Origin: Actinomycetes bacterium
GTDB lineage: Bacteria; Actinomycetota; Acidimicrobiia; Acidimicrobiales; JAKAVM01
Assembly: GCA_021817065.1 (NCBI GenBank)
Contig: JAKAWH010000005.1
Coordinates: forward strand, 1 to 60,811
DNA length: 60,811 bases
Reading direction: 5' to 3'
Positions within the stretch are counted from its first letter, which is position 1; every line of letters starts with the position of its first letter. The position numbers were made by a program, and so were the translations under genes. Below, one piece after another: positions 8,475-17,249 of this stretch. Below the pieces are notes generated by a model, which was not told the DNA's origin, made no database searches, and saw nothing but the letters and a program-made list of their open reading frames with translations.

Positions 8475-11400
8475 ATGAGAGAGCTCCGAAGGGTTTACAC
8501 AGTGCGGCAGAAGGCTGCCACCGGCATCGCAGCAGCAGCATTGGTCGGCGCACTTGTCCTTCCCTTGGTGGCCAATCCGGCAGCCGCCTCGACGTCCTCC
8601 CGGCATCCGGCAGCCCGAACCGGGTCCCCGACCTCTTCCGGGCTGCTCAACCCGGCGGATCCCCACTTCGTCGGCTCGGTCCCCCACCTGCCTCGCGGTG
8701 CGGTGCGCCTCGGGCCGATGAATTCCTCAGCCTCACTCAACCTCGACGTCTCCCTGATCCCCGCTCACCACCAGGAGCTTGCGCAATTCCTGCAGGACCT
8801 CTACTCCCCTGGCAACCCGCAGTACCACAAGTTCCTGGCACCCGGGAAGTTCGCCCAGGCCTACGGTGCCCCGACCTCGGTGGTCACTCAGGTCACACAG
8901 GTCCTCTCCGGAGATGGGATGAGCGTAGGGAAGATTTCGCCCAACGGCCTGGTCCTCCCGGTCACCACCACTGTCGGCACCGCCGAGTCGGTGTTCGGGG
9001 TGTCCCTCGCCCAGGTCCGGATGGCCAACGGCAAGCTGGCCCACTCGAACACCACAGCACCGCAGGTGCCTGCCTCCATCAAGCCCTTCGTGCAGGGCAT
9101 CGTCGGCCTCGACAGCGCGGCGGTGCCCCAGCCGCTGGTCGCTGCAGCCCCTACGGTCACATCAGTCGTTCCGAACAGCGGTCCGATTGGGGGCGGGACC
9201 ACCGTCACGGTAGGCGGTACCGGATTCACCTGTGGAGGGACCTGCATCGGTTCCCCGGTTACAGTCGATTTCGGGACCAGCGTCGGCACAAGGGTGAACG
9301 TCGGAAGCGACACTTCCCTCACCGTGGTCTCCCCCCCCTCCAACACCGCAAGCATTGTTGATATCACCGTCACCACCACCGCAGGGACGTCATCCACCGG
9401 GCTTGCAGACCAGTTCACCTACCTGGACATCTGCGTGACCCAGTGCGCAGCAGTGCCCGCCACCCCCAGCCAGAATGCTCCATGTGACCTGGCGCCAGGG
9501 GTCGCTGCGGCCAACCAGGCATATCTCACCGGCGACAGCTCCCTCGACACCCCCAACTACCCCTATGACGAGCTGTACCAGTACTACGGCTTCGGGTACT
9601 CCAACTTCACCGGGACCAATTCCGGAGCGATTCTACCTACCCGCTCCAATGCGATCACTCCTGAGGAAGGCCTCGGCCAGACCGTTGCCGTATTCGAACA
9701 GGCGGCCTACAGCGCGGCCGACGTCAGCCAGTACCAGAGCTGTTTCGGCGTGCCCACCTCGATCACCGAGCTGAACGGCACCACCACCCCCGAATTGACC
9801 AATGTCGCGGTGGACGGCGGCACCAACCAGTTCGACCCGGAAGCCAACCTGGACATCGAGTTGCTGATGAGCCTGGTCCCCGAGGCAGCATTGCGGGTCT
9901 ACACCGCTCCGGCCACCCCGCAGGGATGGATCGACGACCTGAACGCCATCGTCAACGACACCAACCTGGCCAACGTGGTCTCCATCAGCTACGGGCTCTG
10001 CGAACTAGATCAGGACCAGGGGACCCTTGCCGCAGAGAACACCATCTTCGAGCAGGCCGCTGCCCAGGGCCAGACCGTACTTGCTTCGGCGGGTGACACC
10101 GGTTCGGAAGCCTGCTCGTTCCACGCAGGATCGAGCGGGGGCAACAATACCCAGCTCGCAGTCTCCGACCCGGCCAGCCAGCCCTACGTCACCGGAGTAG
10201 GGGGCACTTCCTACGACGGCTACCAGAACCCGTCCACCGAGACGGTATGGAACGACTCTTCCGGGGCAGGCGGGGGGGGTATTTCCACCGAATGGCAGAT
10301 GCCCTCCTGGCAGCAGGGCTTCGGGGTAGTGAACAGTTCGTCTTCCGGCAGCCCCTGTGGCGCCTCCTCGGGCAACTACTGCCGGGAAGTCCCCGACGTC
10401 TCCGCCAATGCCGACCCCCAACACGGCTACGTGATTTACAACCAGGGCCAATGGTCCGTGGTGGGAGGGACTAGCGCGGCTGCGCCTCTGTGGTCCGGCT
10501 TCGTGGCTCTTCAGAACCAGACCTGCACCCTGGCCAACGACGGCACACCCACCGAGACCGGGTTCGCCAATCCACGCTTGTACGCGCTGGCCGAGTCGAA
10601 TGCCAGCGAGGCACTTTTCGATCCGGTGTCTGGCGCCCCCGAGGGATACCTGCGCGACATATTCTCCGGCAACAACGACATGACCGGCTCCAACCAGGGT
10701 TCGTACCCCGCCTTCGACCCCGCTAAGTCCGCCACCGCCGGCTACTACTACTCGATGGCGGCCGGGCTGGGAAGCCCCACCGGAGCGCTTTTCGACTCCG
10801 CCCACGAAGTTCCCCTGGGCGCCACCCTGCTCGGCGAGGGGTATTCCTCCTTTGGCGGGTCGTTCCCTGCGGTATCCCCAGGTCTTCTCTGTGACAATTC
10901 CGCTTTGCCTCCGATCGTCACTTCGGTCTCTCCTAATGCCGGCTCTCCGTCGGGCGGCCCCCCCTTGGTCACCATCACCGGCAACAACTTCACCGGGGTG
11001 ACCGCGGTGACCTTTGCTGGTAGCGCGGGGTCTTCCCAGGCCACCTCCTTCAAAGTGATCTCCGACAACGAGATCGAGGCGGTCCCCCCACCCAGCCCCT
11101 CCGCTCAGAGCTCCTACACCGTCGACATCACCATCTCGGAAGGAACCACCACCAGCACCCCAAACCCCCCATACGACCGCTACACCTACACGTCGGCACC
11201 GGTGGTTATCGCGGTCACCTCCGGGGCGGGCACCAGCCCGACCGGCAATTCCGCCTGCGCCGCCATCGTTAGCCAAGGAACCCCCGCTGCCCCCTATGGC
11301 CCCGCCGCGGGTGGCCAACAAGTGACCGCTTGCGGGTACGATCTCACCGGCGTCACCTCAGCCTACTTCTTCACCGGCAACAAGTTGGCCTGCCAGGTGA

Positions 11401-13052
11401 CCGGCTCCCAGAGCCTCCCCACCGGCTGCTCCGGCTCGACCAACTCCTCCACCCTCACCTGCTCCCAGCTCAACCAGGCCAGCCCGGTCACCTACGCCTC
11501 GGCCTCCAACTGCTATCTCGCCTCGCCCACCTCCCTCTCCGCATCGTCGATCACTTCTGTTCCGGGCGTAGCCGGTCTCCAGCAGGTCACCGTTACCACC
11601 CCCGCCGATCCCGGCGTGTCCCCGCTCTACACATGCGACCTGACCGACCTGGTATTGGCGACTCCCTCGGCGTCCAGCTCACCCAATCCCGGCTTCGACA
11701 TCTCCGGTGGCACCGGGTGCCCCCCGGGAGCCATCCAGGAGAGCGGCACAGCCTCGACCGGCGACGAGTACGGCTTCACAGACCAACCGATTGTCACCTC
11801 GATCTCTGCCACCGTGGCGCCCATGCAGGGGGACGTATCTCTCACTATTCACGGGTTCAATTTCACCTCCAGCGCCGGCTACATCAGCTCGACCACCGCA
11901 TGCACCAACAATCCGGCCATCATCGGGGTCGGCTTCGGCACGGTTAGCATGCTCGGCAACAACTGCCGGGTGCTCTCCGACACCCTCATTGCCGTGCAGG
12001 CTCCTCCGGCTCTCTTCCCCGGGACGGTCGACGTCCAGGTAGACCTCCAGGGAACTCAGAGCACGGTGATCGCAAGCCCCTCAGTTGCCGCCGACCGGTT
12101 CACCTATGTCACCTGCTCCGCCTCCTACGCCACTTCATCGGCGATTGGGATCGCCAACGTCAGCTCCGGTGCCGGCTACCTGGTAGCCGACGGCACCGGA
12201 CGGGTAGCCGCCTGCGGGACCGCTTCTTATTACGGCTCGGCCGCCGATCCCTTCGGCTACGACACGGTTACCCAAGCTCCCGCTTTGCCCGCAGCCTACC
12301 AGGGCTGCCCATATTCCGGAATGCTCTCCCCCACTGATTTCCCGGTGAAGAACAACGATTGGATCGTCGGCATGGCGTCCTCCCCCGGTCTCGATGGCTA
12401 CTGGGAAGCAGACACCGAAGGAAATGTCTACCCGTTCGGGAACGCCGCCTGGTACGGCGACGCGGGCAAGACCCCACTCATCTGCCCGATAGTAGCCATC
12501 TCGGCTACCGCTGACGGAGGTGGCTACTGGCTGGTGGCTTCCGATGGCTCGGTGTATGCCTTCGGCGACGCGCCCTATTACGGCGGTGCCAACACCATCC
12601 ACCTCGATCAGCCCATCGTCGGCATGGCCTCCACTCCCACCGGCGGAGGCTACTGGTTAGTGGCCGCCGACGGGGGCGTGTTCGCCTTCGGCGATTCGGC
12701 CCCTTATTTCGGTTCCATGGGCGGAACCAAGCTCGACCAGCCAATCGTGGGCATGGCCTCCACTCCCACCGGCGCGGGCTACTGGTTAGTGGCCGCCGAC
12801 GGAGGGGTGTTCACCTTCGGTGACGCCTCCTACAACGGTGCCGCCCGCTGCTATGCCCAGTATTTCAAAATCGACATCGGGGGAATGGTAACCGGCATGA
12901 CTCCCACACCTGACGGGGGTGGCTACTGGCTGGTCAGCCAGACTGGCAACGTCCTCCCCTTCGGCGATGCCCGTTTCGAGGGAACGGTGTCCCCGGGTGG
13001 CTCCATGCCCCCCACCTCTCCCGGAGGGGACACGCCCACGTTGAAGTGCTGA
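8475..13052 (+). CDS. large secreted S53 (sedolisin/kumamolisin) protease with pro-domain, IPT/TIG domains and C-terminal GYWLV repeats
   Basis: Signal peptide ending PAAA, pro-kumamolisin domain (LYSPGNPQYHKFLAPGKFAQAYG), catalytic E-x3-D (EANLD), oxyanion ASAGDTG, nucleophile GGTSAAAP, REVPDVSANADP, IPT motifs (PTVTSVVPNSGPIGGGTTVTVGGTGF), about 6 GYW(L)V repeats; start at 8475 or 8502. Confidence 0.9.
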   Translation: MRELRRVYTVRQKAATGIAAAALVGALVLPLVANPAAASTSSRHPAARTGSPTSSGLLNPADPHFVGSVPHLPRGAVRLGPMNSSASLNLDVSLIPAHHQELAQFLQDLYSPGNPQYHKFLAPGKFAQAYGAPTSVVTQVTQVLSGDGMSVGKISPNGLVLPVTTTVGTAESVFGVSLAQVRMANGKLAHSNTTAPQVPASIKPFVQGIVGLDSAAVPQPLVAAAPTVTSVVPNSGPIGGGTTVTVGGTGFTCGGTCIGSPVTVDFGTSVGTRVNVGSDTSLTVVSPPSNTASIVDITVTTTAGTSSTGLADQFTYLDICVTQCAAVPATPSQNAPCDLAPGVAAANQAYLTGDSSLDTPNYPYDELYQYYGFGYSNFTGTNSGAILPTRSNAITPEEGLGQTVAVFEQAAYSAADVSQYQSCFGVPTSITELNGTTTPELTNVAVDGGTNQFDPEANLDIELLMSLVPEAALRVYTAPATPQGWIDDLNAIVNDTNLANVVSISYGLCELDQDQGTLAAENTIFEQAAAQGQTVLASAGDTGSEACSFHAGSSGGNNTQLAVSDPASQPYVTGVGGTSYDGYQNPSTETVWNDSSGAGGGGISTEWQMPSWQQGFGVVNSSSSGSPCGASSGNYCREVPDVSANADPQHGYVIYNQGQWSVVGGTSAAAPLWSGFVALQNQTCTLANDGTPTETGFANPRLYALAESNASEALFDPVSGAPEGYLRDIFSGNNDMTGSNQGSYPAFDPAKSATAGYYYSMAAGLGSPTGALFDSAHEVPLGATLLGEGYSSFGGSFPAVSPGLLCDNSALPPIVTSVSPNAGSPSGGPPLVTITGNNFTGVTAVTFAGSAGSSQATSFKVISDNEIEAVPPPSPSAQSSYTVDITISEGTTTSTPNPPYDRYTYTSAPVVIAVTSGAGTSPTGNSACAAIVSQGTPAAPYGPAAGGQQVTACGYDLTGVTSAYFFTGNKLACQVTGSQSLPTGCSGSTNSSTLTCSQLNQASPVTYASASNCYLASPTSLSASSITSVPGVAGLQQVTVTTPADPGVSPLYTCDLTDLVLATPSASSSPNPGFDISGGTGCPPGAIQESGTASTGDEYGFTDQPIVTSISATVAPMQGDVSLTIHGFNFTSSAGYISSTTACTNNPAIIGVGFGTVSMLGNNCRVLSDTLIAVQAPPALFPGTVDVQVDLQGTQSTVIASPSVAADRFTYVTCSASYATSSAIGIANVSSGAGYLVADGTGRVAACGTASYYGSAADPFGYDTVTQAPALPAAYQGCPYSGMLSPTDFPVKNNDWIVGMASSPGLDGYWEADTEGNVYPFGNAAWYGDAGKTPLICPIVAISATADGGGYWLVASDGSVYAFGDAPYYGGANTIHLDQPIVGMASTPTGGGYWLVAADGGVFAFGDSAPYFGSMGGTKLDQPIVGMASTPTGAGYWLVAADGGVFTFGDASYNGAARCYAQYFKIDIGGMVTGMTPTPDGGGYWLVSQTGNVLPFGDARFEGTVSPGGSMPPTSPGGDTPTLKC
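12603..12823 (+). repeat. 129-bp period intragenic duplication (43-aa LDQPIVGMASTPTGxGYWLVAADGGVFxFGD unit)
   Basis: Near-identical DNA copies start at 12603 and 12732. Confidence 0.9.
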
Positions 13053-13116
13053 TCTGGCAGAAGAGCGCTACCGGCAATGTCTCACATCTGTGCGGGGCCG
13101 GTCTTCCGCGCCCTCC

Positions 13117-13130
13117 TCGGACAAGATAGC
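13117..13130. repeat. 14-bp inverted repeat arm TCGGACAAGATAGC
   Basis: Partner of 8453-8466. Confidence 0.6.
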
Positions 13131-13144
13131 CGAACGCACACTCA

Positions 13145-14260
13145 TTACCGCTCCCCCAGGACGACTGCGGTAGAGGTCGACGAACTGTCCGCGTGCGATG
13201 CCACAGCGATGCGAAGGACGCCGGTTCCATAATCGGCAAGCAGGCCGTCACGGTGCGCCCAGCATGCTGGCTCGGTTCCAGAACTACATTGCAGGTTGTC
13301 GCCGTGAGGACCGTCGTCGTACATGAATAGGTAATCTGCGTCGAGCCCGTTGGCGGCACCGCCCACCCACTCCGAGTAAGAAACTCTGAAACCGCGCACA
13401 GGGACCAGGGGGTCGGCCCCCGCACGCGCCCCGGCTATCGCTGGGCCTGCGAGGCCGCCAGAGCCAATGTGAACCGCAGGCAGTCCCCGGGCAGTCCGCT
13501 CGGAGTCGACCGCGAAGGTGAGTTGCCGGCCGAGCGTCCAGCGGGCGAACCCTTGGGGCACCACCATCGGGCGAACCCCCTCGGCGTGACGTCGTGCGTT
13601 GATCGCGTCCAGCGCTGCTCCCAAGCACCGGGGAGAATCGTCGATCGGAATGTCCCAGCAGTCGAGACGATACGACGCCGGTACGGAGAAGGCCGGGTTC
13701 GGGATGTCCGAACGCGCCGGTTCCGAGTCATGAGGCAGTACCCGTGCAAGCGCTTCCAGGTGACCCGTGGCAAGCAGGAGTGTGGCGATCGACATAACCC
13801 CTGAGGTTGTCAGGAGGACGGTGCTGAACAAGGCGAGGAGCCGGGACCGGGGGTGGGCCTGCCGGGGAGCGGTCAGCGACGCCCCGTGCAGTGGGTCTTC
13901 CACAACGATCTGGTCGCCCACATGGAGGTGGACCCTCTGGAGGTGGACACGAGAGCGCTGGGTATCGCACCGGCGCGAATGCAGGTCGGTTCCGCCGCGG
14001 TCCCGTTCCACGGCGGCATTGCGGTGTTCCACGGCCGCGTGGCGAGCGGCGAAGAGGGCGTGAAGTGGCCGCCCCATTGCCAACTTCCGATGAGCCGTCC
14101 GGCAAGGCTCGGATTGTTCCCCGGCGGAAGACCGTTCCCTGGTGTGGTTCCTGTGTCCGCCGCTCCTTCTCAGGTGAAACACGTGCCCGCCACGCCCTCC
14201 CGGCCGATGGAGGGTGGACATACTGCCGAATTCGGCATCCGTGGTCGCTTCGTCAGCCAC
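13145..14260 (-). CDS. membrane-anchored hypothetical protein with a CAP/SCP-like C-terminal domain
   Basis: Hydrophobic segment LLALFSTVLLTTSGVMSIATLLLA, then AINARRHAEGVRPM, DSERTARGLP and MYDDGPHGDNLQC...CWAHRDGLL, resembling CAP motifs. The start is uncertain (GTG 14260 or ATG 14077). Confidence 0.65.
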   Translation of the reverse strand: MADEATTDAEFGSMSTLHRPGGRGGHVFHLRRSGGHRNHTRERSSAGEQSEPCRTAHRKLAMGRPLHALFAARHAAVEHRNAAVERDRGGTDLHSRRCDTQRSRVHLQRVHLHVGDQIVVEDPLHGASLTAPRQAHPRSRLLALFSTVLLTTSGVMSIATLLLATGHLEALARVLPHDSEPARSDIPNPAFSVPASYRLDCWDIPIDDSPRCLGAALDAINARRHAEGVRPMVVPQGFARWTLGRQLTFAVDSERTARGLPAVHIGSGGLAGPAIAGARAGADPLVPVRGFRVSYSEWVGGAANGLDADYLFMYDDGPHGDNLQCSSGTEPACWAHRDGLLADYGTGVLRIAVASHADSSSTSTAVVLGER

Positions 14261-14576
14261 TCTGAGATACCGTTTCCCTGGAATCGACGTGCGACAGCGC
14301 GGCAACGTCGGTATCAACAGCAGGATCGGCCTCGTCTCCGATTACCATGCAGAACTCGTCATCACCCAGGACAAACAATGACAGTGCTGGTGGGGTCACC
14401 AGTTTCCAGCGGATCACCTTCGGGACCGTACCGGTCGTCCGGGGTGTGTCGAGGGCGGACGGCAACTCTCTTGCTCTGCATCGTGCAAAGTGGACACGAC
14501 GGACCTGCCGAAGGGAATCCTCGGGCCACTTCGTGATCTCCGATCCGGCCAGACGTTGCGAGCAGTGATCAGACAT
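14253..14576 (-). CDS. hypothetical protein (107 aa)
   Basis: AGGAG just upstream of the ATG and 8-nt overlaps with both neighbouring ORFs; no recognisable domain. Confidence 0.3.
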   Translation of the reverse strand: MSDHCSQRLAGSEITKWPEDSLRQVRRVHFARCRARELPSALDTPRTTGTVPKVIRWKLVTPPALSLFVLGDDEFCMVIGDEADPAVDTDVAALSHVDSRETVSQSG

Positions 14577-14802
14577 CGGCTCCTGCTTCCTCTGTGATGA
14601 GACACGCGTTCATCGAGCGCCTGTCGACGGGCTCTCGTGTACCTGGGGATGCGCCGGCAGACGTGATGCGCACTGCCATTGCAGTCGGCTTGGACACGAT
14701 TGTGGGAATCGTGAAACTCTGTTGTTCGTCTGTTGATAACTCGGTTCCTGCCCAGGACTCCGAGAGAGCAAGATTGCCCATTTCCCGCTGGTGCATCTGC
14801 AC
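14569..14802 (-). CDS. hypothetical protein (77 aa)
   Basis: Short ORF after recA with an 8-nt overlap into the next ORF; no recognisable domain. Confidence 0.22.
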   Translation of the reverse strand: MQMHQREMGNLALSESWAGTELSTDEQQSFTIPTIVSKPTAMAVRITSAGASPGTREPVDRRSMNACLITEEAGADV

Positions 14803-14868
14803 TAGAAATCACCGATCGGACATCCCGGGGGCCTGCTTCCATTCAGACCCCCGGTGTCCCGCGTGCGC

Positions 14869-17001
14869 CTACACCTCTACCGGTTCGTCCGTTCCAAGCA
14901 CCTGGCCGTCTTCGCTTGCAATCTCGGCTGATTCTGAGGTGGCCGGCGCCAGTTTCGAGCGGATCAGCTCGTTGATCTCGACGGTCACCTCCGTGTGCTC
15001 GGCGAGGAACTGCTTGGCGTTCTCCCGCCCCTGGCCGAGTTGCTCACCGTTGTAGGTGTACCAGGCACCCGACTTCTTGACCAGGCCCTGATCCACTGCC
15101 ACGTCGAGGAGTGAGCCCTCCCGGCTGATGCCAGTTCCATACATTATATCGAACTCAGCTATTTTGAAAGGTGGCGCTACTTTATTCTTGACCACCTTCA
15201 CCTTGGTTCGATTGCCGATGATGTCAACTCCGTCCTTGATCGATTCCACCCTGCGAATGTCCAGACGTACTGAGGAATAGAACTTGAGCGCGCGACCACC
15301 TGGCGTCGTCTCGGGTGAATTGTGTACGACTACGCCATCCACGAGGTAGTTGTGCGACCCTTCAACCTCGATGTCGAACCGATGCGTGTTCCGTGTCCGC
15401 GGCTTCGGCCGGATGTCCAGGATTTCAAAAGGCGCCAACCCATATTGCACGGGAGCGAAAACAGGTTCGACCGAGAAGCGGCCCCGATACGCAGGCAGCA
15501 ACTTGTAATCCATGCTCGGATGTACGAACGGTGCTATCAGGGCGTGGAACTTGGCAGTCTCAGAATTGGTAAAAGTCAGGACAGCCATACCGGCTCGTTC
15601 GATGAGTCGCGCATGAATGCCCCACGTGGACTCCAAATAGTCGACAAGACGATTCCGGGAGGTTGGCTCCATCGCTTCGATGCAGATGTCCATACGTCCG
15701 GTTCCTTCTCGTGTCCGCTCCTGGAGTCCTTTGGATCGCAGCGAAAAAGATCCGTCATCCATGTACCAGATAGCGAGCGAGAGCGGCGTCAATCGCTTGA
15801 GATAGTCGTCGCTCCACACCTTCTTGCCGTGGAAGTAAACCGCTCTCCGTAATTCCGCGAGTTCAACAAGCGCTGGGACGTCATGATAGACGGCTCCGGC
15901 CGGAGTCACCGACCTGCTGCTTCCGATGTTAGCGAACAGGGACGCCTTCCAGTCGGAGTACGCCACCTGTTTCTTGCCATGCCCGAACCGGAATCTGGCA
16001 CCCGCTCCGGTCCGTGTCGGTGATAGAGCTGCGTCCCCCATCAACCCGCCCAGAATGACCTCCCATTGGAATTCGGATAGACGCACCGACATTGCTTGGA
16101 GCACCCGATCACCCACCGCCAACTTTCGCGCCTCCTGCCAGCCGCCGGGAGTGGAAATCGAGTGGTTGGGAGTGCAGGCGAACTGGGACCTCCCGTTGCC
16201 CGAGGGCTTGGCAACGGTAAACTGGAGGAACTCATCCGTCCTGCCATTATCGAACCAGTTGACCACCTTCTTCGGTACCACCGAACCGACTTCGGGGTCA
16301 TAGGAGAGGACTTCCACGGGCATGCGTTGGTTAACGATCTTGCCAATCTTCTCCTGCGAACCGTCCGCCAGCGTCACGCGGGAGGAGTAATGGAAACAGC
16401 CATACATCACACCGATCTTCTCCCGGAGCTGGTTGATGAATATGGCGATGGTGTTGGACTTGTTGAGGGTTCCGGTCAGCTTGCGCAATGCCTGTGACAT
16501 GAGGCGCGCCTGGAGCCCGACGTGGCTGTCGCCCATCTCCCCCTCGATCTCCGCCCGGGGAGTGAGCGCGGCCACCGAGTCGATCACGATGACGTCCAAC
16601 GCTCCAGAACGGATCAGCATGTCGGCGATCTCCAGGGCCTGCTCCCCCGTATCGGGCTGGGAAATGAGCAGGGCGTCGATGTCCACCCCGATCGCCTTGG
16701 CGTAGGTAGGGTCCATGGCGTGCTCGGCGTCCACGTAGGCACAGATGCCCCCGTTGCGCTGAGCCTCGGCCACCACGTGCATCGCCAGCGTGGACTTCCC
16801 GCTCGACTCGGGCCCGAATATCTCCACTACCCTGCCTCGTGGCAGTCCCCCCACCCCCAGGGCCGCGTCGAGCGCCATCGCTCCGGTGGAGATCACCTCG
16901 ACGGCCATGTGGGCGTTCTCGCCCATACGCATGATCGATCCCTTGCCGAACTGCTTCTCGATCTGCCCCAGTGCGATCTCCAGTGCCTTCTCACGTTCCA
17001 T
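14869..17001 (-). CDS. recA: recombinase RecA containing an intein
   Basis: [50 protein letters not shown]. The 710-aa precursor equals about 350 aa RecA plus a 360-aa intein. Confidence 0.99.
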   Translation of the reverse strand: MEREKALEIALGQIEKQFGKGSIMRMGENAHMAVEVISTGAMALDAALGVGGLPRGRVVEIFGPESSGKSTLAMHVVAEAQRNGGICAYVDAEHAMDPTYAKAIGVDIDALLISQPDTGEQALEIADMLIRSGALDVIVIDSVAALTPRAEIEGEMGDSHVGLQARLMSQALRKLTGTLNKSNTIAIFINQLREKIGVMYGCFHYSSRVTLADGSQEKIGKIVNQRMPVEVLSYDPEVGSVVPKKVVNWFDNGRTDEFLQFTVAKPSGNGRSQFACTPNHSISTPGGWQEARKLAVGDRVLQAMSVRLSEFQWEVILGGLMGDAALSPTRTGAGARFRFGHGKKQVAYSDWKASLFANIGSSRSVTPAGAVYHDVPALVELAELRRAVYFHGKKVWSDDYLKRLTPLSLAIWYMDDGSFSLRSKGLQERTREGTGRMDICIEAMEPTSRNRLVDYLESTWGIHARLIERAGMAVLTFTNSETAKFHALIAPFVHPSMDYKLLPAYRGRFSVEPVFAPVQYGLAPFEILDIRPKPRTRNTHRFDIEVEGSHNYLVDGVVVHNSPETTPGGRALKFYSSVRLDIRRVESIKDGVDIIGNRTKVKVVKNKVAPPFKIAEFDIMYGTGISREGSLLDVAVDQGLVKKSGAWYTYNGEQLGQGRENAKQFLAEHTEVTVEINELIRSKLAPATSESAEIASEDGQVLGTDEPVEV
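15319..16398 (-). mobile_element. intein with LAGLIDADG homing endonuclease at the RecA-b site
   Basis: Junctions VMYG|[13 protein letters not shown] and VVVHN|SPETT; block B TPNH; block [13 protein letters not shown]; endonuclease motifs ILGGLMGDA and [10 protein letters not shown]. Confidence 0.97.
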
Positions 17002-17073
17002 CGGATGGTCCTTTCCTCGTGCTCGTTGCCGTACCCGGCCTTGCCAGTCGCCGGGCCTTGCCGGTCGTCGGTC

Positions 17074-17095
17074 ACCATACCCAAGGGGTGTGACA
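17074..17095 (-). promoter_or_regulatory. PafBC-type (RecA-NDp) DNA-damage promoter of recA
   Basis: Minus strand TGTCAC-N10-TATGGT matches the mycobacterial TGTCRG-N10-TAnnnT motif. Confidence 0.65.
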
Positions 17096-17187
17096 GCTCT
17101 TCCATCTGCTCCCGGCAGCCCGGGTACGGTCGCCCCTGCCGGCGGCAGGAAACTTCCTCACCCCGAAACGGCCGGGCGAACTTCACG

Positions 17188-17211
17188 ACTGTAGTTCAGA
17201 ACAGGCGTTCG
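17188..17211 (-). promoter_or_regulatory. LexA SOS box and adjacent -10 of the distal recA promoter
   Basis: CGAAC-GCCT-GTTCT (17198-17211, GAAC-N4-GTTC) followed 4 nt later by TACAGT (17188-17193). Confidence 0.8.
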
Positions 17212-17249
17212 TGCGGTGGATACTTCCGGACCTCCCGGGGAAACTCCGA

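Noticed and set aside
14224-14713. Riboswitch or ncRNA behind recA (palindrome TGCCGAATTCGGCA, hairpin CACGATT/AATCGTG)
   Set aside because: Isolated hairpins with no match to a riboswitch consensus that I can recognise; an Rfam/Infernal search would be needed.
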